Shown piece by piece: positions 54,389 through 64,000 of a stretch of DNA of 64,000 nt. Position numbers and translations under genes: made by a program. The stretch is taken from contig OZ193909.1 in NCBI GenBank assembly GCA_964276515.1, positions 1,426,001 to 1,490,000 on the forward strand, read 5' to 3'. Numbering within the stretch: the first letter of the stretch is position 1; each line of letters begins with the position of its first letter. Origin of the DNA: Gordius albopunctatus (lineage: Eukaryota). Below the pieces are notes generated by a model. It was not told where the DNA came from, searched no databases, and saw nothing but the letters and a program-made list of their open reading frames with translations.

Positions 54389-57300
54389 ATGACCAAAAAG
54401 AAAAAATTACGCATTGAAAATAATAGCGAAGATCTTATGTAAATAATTTTTGCAATTTTATTTTTAAACTAATTTATTAGGATAAAAGCGTTCCAGTTAT
54501 TTTCAGACACATATCTGATCATTGTGAAATCTAATGTGAAGTTTTATCTCAGGGGTTTTATTCAAATATCTGTTGTCCAAGGGGCTTTTTACATAAGTGG
54601 TTGTACGTTATTTCCCAAATCCGAAACCCTATTTTTATACTCATCTGAAACGACAGGAATGCATTCCCTGGAAAGTTATATCTTAAATGACTCAATTTTA
54701 TTTTAAAATATTTGTGTTTTTTAATGACAACTCTGATTTATTTAAATTAAAGGTATAAATCAAGATCATTTTATTGAAGGAAATGCACATTTAGAAAGAG
54801 ATAATATATTAATTGCGCAATGTTTAACCAATAAACCATTAGAAATCAAAAATGTGAAAGAAATTAATTTATCCTGTTTAAAAGCTTCTAATGGACAAAC
54901 AAAGTTTTTAACCTTGGAACCAATCAATAAATTATTGCAAAATGACATATACCATAACCTTATTGAAAAAATGCTGTTAACTAGTTATAATCCTAAATTG
55001 GCATTGTTCAATCTTTTAATGCTTAAGAACCCAAAGTCATTTGGTTCCGTTCCTTTTATTATCCCAAAATCAATACCCTCTATTTTATATTCTATACATA
55101 ATGAACCACCAATTAACTCTTCAATTGTCCATAGCAAATCTGAAGAGGAATTATCTCTTGATAGTGATAGTGACATACAAGTTATAGAAACAATGACATC
55201 AGATGATTCAAGCATCAAAATTCTAGATAACCCTAGCAATCTAGATATATCAAAGAAACACAATAATGATCAAAATGAACTTGAAAATTTGATAACAGGT
55301 CACTCATTCAATGAACCAAAATGCTTTAATCAGATTGAGCAACATTTGTATTCAAATGGACCTAGTTGTTCTAAAATATTAATTTGTGGAAGACAGGGTG
55401 TGGGAAAATCAACTAATGCCAAGTATATTGCAAATAGAATAATTTCAAAATTAAATAATCAGTCAGTCCCTCAACCTAGTAGAGGAATAATATGGATGGA
55501 ATGTGATGTTGGCCAACCAGAATTTCATCCAGCTGGCATTATTTCTTTAGTTCATATACCCTATAGCAAATATACTTTATCACCTTCTTGGTTACAGCCA
55601 TCACCCTTTCTCTCCACTGATAATACCTACAAAATAATAGAGTATGTATATATTATAGATCATATTATTGCATATCAGATTTTAACCTAATACAGAATAT
55701 TTTAATTTATAAAAATATAATAAATATTAGATGGTTTTCACATTAAATGGTATTTTGGAGAATAAGCTCATTTTTACATATGTTTCTATTTTTTAGACTA
55801 TATAAAAAGAATTTACTTTATTTGGTTTAATTACTATAGATTATTTTCAATTTTTGTACTTGTTCTCAATTCTCAAATTGGATTTTCTTACAATCAAGAA
55901 TTTTTAAGAGGAATGATTTATTGTATAAGAAATAAAAATGCCCTGTTTTTATGAAATTTTAAAAATTCTAGTATGACCATTAGCCCTGGTACCACCTCAA
56001 GCCATAAATAAAAGTTAATAATATTTTTCTAGTTATTAAGAAGTTTGTAAAATAATTGTAAGACTTCATGGAAACATTCATAATTATCTTATATTTTTGG
56101 TATTTAGATCTCAGTACTTTGGTTACAATACACCATCCCAAGATCCTATTACATATCTCAAAATAATTAATAACCTTTATCAAGTTTATTCCAATAAATA
56201 TGCTCAAGATTACATTCTCCTAATAAATACCAATGGATGGTTTAAAGGTAAAATAGTGGAAAAAAGCATTTTAAATACATATTTAATAGGAATGGGCTTG
56301 TATCTTTTGAGTGAAATAATAACAATTATAAATCCAACAATAGTGGTACATTTAATGAGGCAGTTTAATACGGGTGAAAGTGTAAAACCTTTGGCAGACT
56401 CAAATTTGCTAGAATTTGTCAGGGATGATCCATCATTTAAAACATTTCACAATAGCAATCGATTTTTTATGGCTAGAGATTATTCAAATAACAACGCAGT
56501 TAGTTACTACTTACAATAAATTTATTTATATAAAAATAGTTTGAAGAAGTGCCTATGTTTGATTACATTATTGAAAAAAGGTCTTGGGTCAGGCAAAAGT
56601 ATGTTGTCATATGTTAACAAAATTTGAAAAATGTTATTTTAAGTGATAAATTTATGGTTTAAAATGATTAAATTCTATTATAAGGCTTTCACTGGCATTC
56701 TTTTGCACTTTATGATTATTAATTTAAATTTGCAAAGACCTATCTATATTATGCTTAAAAGTTTTGTGTTTGGAATGTATAAAGGGTAAATGCAACTAAA
56801 AGGAGTCAAAAACAATGTGCTTCCACGAGTAGAACTCTGATGCTCATGACTTATTTTGCTGACATTTTGGTACATCCCCAATCTACCCAACATACAACAA
56901 AACCGAAAGAATGTGTATTTTATGCCGGTTGTCTACTCCCTTGCAAACCACATGCTGTAATTTCACAAATTATTTTATCATTAGTTTTAAAAATTAAATT
57001 ATTTTGATTAAAACATGCTGTTTGTTTTGAAATGAGTTAATTTTAAATGTGGAAATGTTAGAACTTAAACCATTTGAATGTTTCAATATTCCGTTCAAAC
57101 TAAGCTAATAAATTTAATTTTAAATTTTGAAGCAAATTTGTCATCGTACTTATATTTTGAAAAAATTCTAAATTCCTTTTTATTATTTTTTAAAATTTAG
57201 ATTTCTTTTGGACAAATTGAAGAAATAACTCCTCTTTGTACAGCTGATTATCCAGCCAAGACATTGGCTCATGAAGAAATTGAAAATTTTGCCATTTCCT

Positions 57301-58173
57301 CCATTTTAGGCAAATTAGTGGCTCTATGCCATTTAACAACGAATCAACCTTCAAAACCGGTAGCTTAATTTTTGATTTAAAAAAATAAATATTATTAAGG
57401 CTCAAAATTCAGGTATAAAATTGTCGACTCAAATCAACTTACAACACAGGTGTTTGGGATTGGGTACAACACACTTATATTAATTTGTATTTTAAAAAAA
57501 TATATTTTTTTTGATGTTTTTTTTCTCTTTTTCCAAAATTTTATAGAAAATCATATATTTTGAATATTTTACTTTTTTGGGGGCCATAGGTGTGGTTAGA
57601 AATGTGGATTTTAAAGCTAGAATTTTGTACGTTTTATCTCCCCTACAAGTTAGCAGCGTGCCAAAAGTTGGCTACATTATAAAGGGAGGTATAGAATTGC
57701 CAAAAGAATTTTTGGAAATATACTTGGTAAATGTTCAAATTGTGTAGATAATTATCATATTTTTATTCTGGCAATGATTTACTCTCGAGATATTATGTTT
57801 TGATTTTTATAAGTAATATTTATTATCTAACTCATTTGTATTTAAATTGTTTGAAGGAATTGTGAAAAACTATATATATGTTTTCTAAAATTGCCTTTTT
57901 ATTTTTTGAAAGATTCATTTTGAGATTGTTTTTTGTGTAAATTAAATAAAATTTCATAATTTTTTATTTAATTGAGATGGCTATTTCCTTTGATTTTTAA
58001 AGGGTCAAAGGATGATAACCTATAAAGCTAATCCCCTCCAAGAAGAGAATCTTGATGGCACAAATGTCGATCATTTGTTTGACTTTTTGTCTCACCCGGT
58101 CAAAACTAAGCGGAATGATCCCAAAATTGGAAAAAGACTACGAAAATTAAGGAAAATGAAAAGCGACGCATAA
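54389..58173 (+). CDS. NOL9: Polynucleotide 5'-hydroxyl kinase NOL9/Grc3 homolog, multi-exon
   Basis: P-loop ICGRQGVGKST, ECDVGQPEFHPAG, YFGYNTP, INTNGWFKGMG, CFGLGVVRNVD..LYVLSP. The exact exon chain is partly inferred. Confidence 0.88.
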
Positions 58174-58316
58174 CCCATTTCCCTAGTGTCAAATATTTTA
58201 AGAATAATATGCGAAATTTTTGTGTATATATGTAAAATTGTTATTGAACGTGATTTTTTTTAAAGTGGTTAAAATATGGTGAGAAATACTAAAGAAGTGT
58301 GCACTAGTATTTAGAA

Positions 58317-59313
58317 TAGTGCTGTAAACATTTGTAAAAAAATCGAACGCGTTCACGTTCGTCTAAAAAGAAAAGGAACGCGTTCACGTTCGTTCAAAAT
58401 TTTATGATACATTTTTTTAAAGTTTAATTTAATATAAATAAATGTCTTATATTTTTTAATACAATAAATAGCCATGATAAAAAATAATAGTTTTATTTCG
58501 ACAATATAATTATAAATCAATATAATCTATTTTCTTTATATTTTTAATAATAATTGTTTTTCAAAATTGTCTTCTGATAAGCAGGAACGCTTGGCAGTTA
58601 ATACAGCATTAGCTATACTAAAAACCTGCTCCACAGGGGCAGATGAGGGGATTGGAGTATTATACTTAATAAACAAATTTTTTAAAGGAGGAAATTTATT
58701 AAAAACTTTTAATGTTTTGTCCCTCGCTTCAAAAAATTGCGACAAGATATCATCCTCCGATGCGCCCTCTACTTCCTCGCCAAAAAATGATATCTCTGAA
58801 TTGACAGCTCTTTCATTATCAATTCTAGGGGTTTCAATCCCTTTTTTCAATAACACTAAAAGTTTATTCCTTATAGGTTCATTTTAATTATTGAATTTGA
58901 TCTTTTATATGAAACGAGTGGAAAATATTTTTCATATTTTGGCCATGGCAATTTAAATTCATCTACTGATTTTGAATATTCAGAATCTGAAGATGACGAC
59001 GATATAATATTATGATTGTCCATATTAACCTATAAATTAAACTATAATTAATAATATCAAACTAATTAACTTTAATCTTATCTTCTTTTGCACGTTATAG
59101 TATGTTAAAAGTATTTCGGAATTGGTAATAGAAAACAGGAAAAACAGCTGATTAAAAAATATAATACTTTTTTGTTAAAAATTCGAATTGACATTAATTT
59201 TAAAATAAATAAAAACAAAAAAGGATTTTTAAAATTGAACGAACGTTAAATTCGAACGCGTTCACGTTCAAAGTTCACCAAAAAATAAAAGAACGCGTTC
59301 ACTTACAGCACTA
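58317..59313 (-). mobile_element. Non-autonomous hAT element
   Basis: TIR TAGTGCTGTAA; perfect 8-bp TSD ATTTAGAA; subterminal GAACGCGTTCAC x2 at each end; ORF 58536-58856 FPPLKNLFIKYNTPIPSSAPVEQVFS (hAT dimerization domain). Confidence 0.93.
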
Positions 59314-59839
59314 ATTTAGAAGGCTATGTGTGACAAATAGCAAATTGAAAAATAAAATAGTTTGAGCGTATCTTTTTATTTTAATTTTGCATTTCTTAAC
59401 TCTCCTCTAGCACACTAGTATGAGAGAAAAGGTGATAATCATAGCTTTTGAAAGAAAACGCCTTTCCCCATCCTTCGCAGGCAAGTTACTCCTTCCCTTT
59501 GTATGTGTTTTCGGCACTCTTGCATTTAAGCCTGAAGGATACCATAAATTTGGGCCTAACGGGCGCATATATTGCCGGGAAGCTCTTATGATTCGGGCAT
59601 GGCCGAATGGACATTTATAAGAGTTCGGGGGGGGGGGTTGAAAAATCGGACCGGGTCGTGTATGGGCGGAAGATTTTAAACAAATCTTACCACTGCTTCA
59701 TAGCCACTAGCAGCCAATTACCTATTATGCGCAAAGTTTAAACTTGCCACCTTCATATATTGATAATGTTAATCGTTGTTTTATGTTGGCAAGCTGTAAT
59801 GCCTTAATTATTTCCAAATCTTTATATATCAATTATTGG

Positions 59840-60750
59840 GTCCCACAGTCGTGGGGTTTGCTTTGGTGAGTTTCTTCCATCTTGATCGGGTAAGTGCCTC
59901 TTGATTAAGCTATTTTCTTTTCATAACTTTATCGACTTGCCTTTTCCGCGTGACATTAGGCTCTCTTCCCCAGTACCTACATGTCCAGTACTTTTCGATG
60001 CACATACTACCTTAGCCGATTTTTGTTAATCATGTCTGCCATAGGTTGAATTCTCATTTTTGTCATGAGAAAGTCATTCGTCATTTGGTCGAGCTTAGTG
60101 TCCCCTGCTCTAACGTATCATTCTCATCTCTGTGGCTTGTAATAGCTTTTCTTCGTGGTGTTTAATGCATGTATTTCACTTCCATAGAATGTTTTAACAT
60201 AGATATGTAAGGTTTGTTCTAACCATATAGGTTATTGTCGCACATTACAACGCGTATACTTTGCCATTTAAGCCATCCCGTTTTGATTCAGGCATTGATT
60301 TCTGTTGCGCAAACTCCTTATTGTAGCATCAAGCCAAGGTATTTAAACCTATCTACTTATAGGTACTTTAGAGATGGTCATCCAGCGATGGGGTGCATGT
60401 AAAGTTCATTTCCTATATACCGTTTTTCGATCGTCGGCCTTAAACCTATCCAGAAGAACCTTCACCTCTTTTCGGCCGGCTTGAATACTTTCTCCTTTGT
60501 CTCTTGGCTATCATCGGCATATATCATAAACCATGGCGATGGCTTTGAATAAATCTCGATATTGTGTCCATAACTAAAAAGGGACTTAGAGCCGATCCTT
60601 GATGTAATCCAATTTCAACCCAGAATGGTTTAGAGTCTCAGATGCTTTGCTTCACAATTATTGTTCATAAGGGATAATTTGTTTTCTCAAGCACCAGCAT
60701 ATTAAACCGTAAAGGACCGTGTCAAAAGCGTTCTCCAAGTCGATAAAAAC
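59840..60750 (-). mobile_element. Highly degenerate RTE RT
   Basis: Minus-strand remnants FIDLENAFD, GLHQGSALSP, YADD, FKYLG. Many indels. Confidence 0.8.
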
Positions 60751-61352
60751 TATTTATATACTTTTAAAATTATAATTGAATTTTATTGTATGTATATCAT
60801 CAATGATGTATATGGTCAACATAAAACAATAAAAACTTTTCATATAGTATATGGAAAACATTAGGATAACCAAAAAACAACCTTACTTTCACTGCTGATA
60901 ATTTTACAATATCTAAAATAAATTCTGGTAAATTTTGATGAAATGTGACGAAATTCGACGCTATTTCATTGCTACTTTGACCAGTTCCCGATAAAGACTA
61001 TATTAAGACCTCTTTTCACTATGTTTATCCATCATTTGTCTTCAAAAATTAAGTTGATTGTAGATTCGCCGGCCACAAACCAGAATTGATTAGCCAATAT
61101 TTCTAGCCCTGTTACTAAGATACTTTCGTTAAACTTCAAGGAGTGGCAAGTTAGATTGATACCTCTTTAATTGTTTATTGTGTAATTTATTTTTGAAGAA
61201 AAAAATTATTATTATCCATCTCAATTATTGATAAAAGAAAACCGAAACTATAATCACTCGCAATATATTCCGAGATTGTTAAGATTAGTTCAATTCTCAA
61301 TAAAACATATCTATTTACAAATAACATTTAAGGTTTTCCTGGGCCATCTAAG

Positions 61353-61401
61353 TGGTGTCAGAAGTGGGATCTGAACCCACTCCCTCATTCGAGGACCAGA
61401 A
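61353..61401 (-). pseudogene. tRNA-Leu(CAA/CAG)-like 3' half ending in CCA
   Basis: Minus strand TTCTGGTCCTCGAATGAGGGAGTGGGTTCAGATCCCACTTCTGACACCA resembles the variable arm, T arm and acceptor of eukaryotic tRNA-Leu. No 5' half found nearby. Confidence 0.7.
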
Positions 61402-62077
61402 ACTGATTGTTTTATTTCTGAATTTAGCCTTTTAATAGCTTTTTAAGTGCCGGTTTAACTCGCGATATCTAAAAACAAAAATATCACGGTTACTCGGCAC
61501 AAACCACAGTAACAGCGATATAAAAATCCTTTTTATGAGTAATAGGGGTAATAAAAAAACTTTGAGAAAGGGTGGAACACCACAGTTCCTTTATTTAACG
61601 ATATTAATCGCATTATTTCCACAACTAATTTCCTTAACCGCCTTCGTTGTGAGTTGGGCAGTAACCCTAGTGTATTTTTCACATTTAGTTATAATACTAT
61701 TTTATTTAATTACATAAAAGCGCATTATAATTTTTCCAATATTTGCATTCCCTTCCTATAATCCAAGTCAATCATATATTCGAGCTAAAGCCAGGCTTGG
61801 CCGTGCTCAGCCATTCCAAAAGATTCACTACATTTCCTATGGTAAATTTTTATTCGAAATGGTCATCAATCGAATTAGGGCGCAGGCTTTAATGCCCTTT
61901 TCCCTCTCTCCCCTCCCTTCTCCCCCACCTTTGCCCCCCCCCCAGGGGTGCCTTGGTTGAATGCCGCCTATTAAGGAAAACATTAAACATGACGATGTAT
62001 AATATAAAAATGATTTACAAAATTGGCCTTAGGGTTCTTTTACCGGAGCACTAGTGGCCATTATAATGTCTCTTAAT

Positions 62078-62459
62078 CATAGACTAGATAGACTGCCGTG
62101 CCATATGTTAAATTGTGTGTCAAATTTTCCTCCATTTTGATTTACCTTCCTCACTAGTTTATAAATTTGATCGAACTTCACTAAATTAATATTATACAAT
62201 ATAAAGATGACGGTATATTTTTATACAAACCTTTATCACAGTTTTTACATTTTTATATATTGTGTAAATGATATTTATTTTAGAATGCTGTTTTTGATAT
62301 CTACCCAATTCAATACTTTTTTATTTACCTTTTTAAGATTATTTAATTTACAAAAATTACTAATTTCTATATAATCCCTACTTTACCATGTTATCATTAA
62401 AATAGTGGAAAAAAGGGTTCACATTTTTGTGCGTTGATAAGCAGTCTATCTAGTCTATG
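62078..62459. mobile_element. P-superfamily MITE
   Basis: TIR CATAGACTAGATAGACTGC; 8-bp TSD CTCTTAAT / CTCTTACT; the left subterminus matches 3135-3204. Confidence 0.85.
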
Positions 62460-64000
62460 CTCTTACTTAACTTTACTACTATGTTATCAAAATAGGATAT
62501 TTTAATTAATGCCTTTCAAAGGGAGCGAGGGAGAAAGAAAAGATTTCGCTAATTCATCACATACGGTTAAAGGTACTGTATTTTTTCATAGCAGATCATT
62601 ATTAAAAATACCAAAAATTTGTTGCTCGACTCAATATTATTTAGTTGTTGATACACAGATCAAAATATCGTGCAACTCCCATTTAAAAAAATTTAATTTT
62701 TTTTAAAGTTGTCACAATTATTTTCTAGCTCAACTGCGAAATTAGAAGTAAAAAAAATTATTAAAACAAAAATATATGTAAAATTATCAAGTGTAGTTTG
62801 CTTAAATAAATGTATGGATGTTGATAGGAAAACTAAAAATAACGGGCTCTCTCCCCCCCCCCGTAATATAGATTAAGCAAGAAATAAAAAAAAACACCAA
62901 TTTTTATTTTTGAATCCTCCTATTCCGCCCATACCTTTTTTAGTTGATAAAAGTTTCACTTGAAATTCTTCATTTTAAAGCTTATTTGCTGTTTGTTGAT
63001 AATTCCCTCAGGAAGGTATAAATGACAAATTTTGAATAAGAATTGGAAGGGATAAATAATAACATCATCAAGCCTGTAACCAAATTATGACATTTTGTGG
63101 ATGCTTAATGCTGTCTTTGTATATAAAAATTTTATGGTAAGTTTGTTTGTATGTCTTGACAAAATATGCAAAAGTATCTTTGAAGGTAGTGTATGTAGTG
63201 TGGGCTAATGATGCCTCTTTTGCAAAAAATGACATTAGAGTTGTCAGCATTTTTTGGGACATCATTAGGCTCTTTGAGCTTCTTTTGAAACAAACAATTC
63301 AAATTTTGCAAATTACCATTTATCACATATCATTCATCTCAAACATGAGGTTAAAGACATGTTTAAAGTAAGTTTCCTTGATGTTAAAATTTAAGCTAAT
63401 TTTTTCCCTACATTTGCGCTAAATATTTACACATCTTCCAACATAAGTTCTAATCTTACATCTATTAAAAATTTGATAGTAAATATATTTATAATTTAGG
63501 CCAAAGTCAAAATAATTATATAGATCTTTATTACATAGTTTTGAGACTTGTAAACTTCAGAATTTAACTCGACTCAGAGTATCCAATACAATTTAATACT
63601 TAAACCATCCTTCTTTAAATTGCATTATTAGAAACAAGACCCATAAAAAAAATTATGATTAAGCTTAAGAAGTATTTGGAGGGATTGTTGTTTCTAAATG
63701 ATAAAAGAGATCGGTCATTTTGAAATGTTAGATTTAGAGCGAATTAAATGACAAAATATATTGTAAACAATAGCTTTTATTTGATTTTATATAAATCAGA
63801 ATATTGGAATAGGTTGGCATAAAATATGATAAGAAGAAGATAAAGATAAAAATTTATATGGTGGCCACACTTTTATTGTCAAAGGGGACACAATTAATAT
63901 GTAAAAAGTAAAAGTATTTAAAAAACATTATCTACGAAACGTCATGTACCAAATAAAATAAACTTTAAAAACAAATTTTTTTTAAGGTTACTCACATTCA

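Noticed and set aside
17787..58173. Functional cluster of RNA-processing genes (ZCCHC4, snf, NOL9, plus DRG2)
   Set aside because: They are interspersed with unrelated genes on both strands, with no evidence of operon-like organisation.
61781..61815. 5' half of the tRNA-Leu fragment
   Set aside because: It resembles the Helitron 3' hairpin at 27524-27552, not a D arm.
63068..63371. Short overlapping ORFs near the window end
   Set aside because: No recognisable motif or consistent splice chain. It may be UTR or intron of a gene outside the window.

Overview
AT-rich, intron-containing eukaryotic DNA, most likely an invertebrate animal with very short (~31-45 nt) introns. The species cannot be determined from sequence alone. 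By splicing manually I reconstruct nine host genes: Rab35, DRG2, ZCCHC4, ODR-4, a Ly6/quiver-like three-finger protein, a carbohydrate sulfotransferase, U1A/U2B''(SNF), NOL9, and an orphan 108-aa secreted protein built from phase-1 exons and micro-exons that the ORF track does not show. Between and inside the genes is a dense transposon mosaic: RTE-type LINEs, two Ty3/gypsy remnants, a miniature LTR element with a tRNA-Trp PBS, hAT, P, MULE, Harbinger and Helitron derivatives, a foldback element with inverted minisatellite arms, and a tRNA-derived SINE. There is one 200-N assembly gap. The most interesting candidates are the micro-exon secreted-protein gene (28124-31217) with hairpin elements in its introns, the Ly6 protein with a 40-aa third-loop insertion, and a sharp within-gene CpG gradient suggesting 5'-biased gene-body methylation. 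All gene models are hand-spliced and need RNA-seq confirmation.
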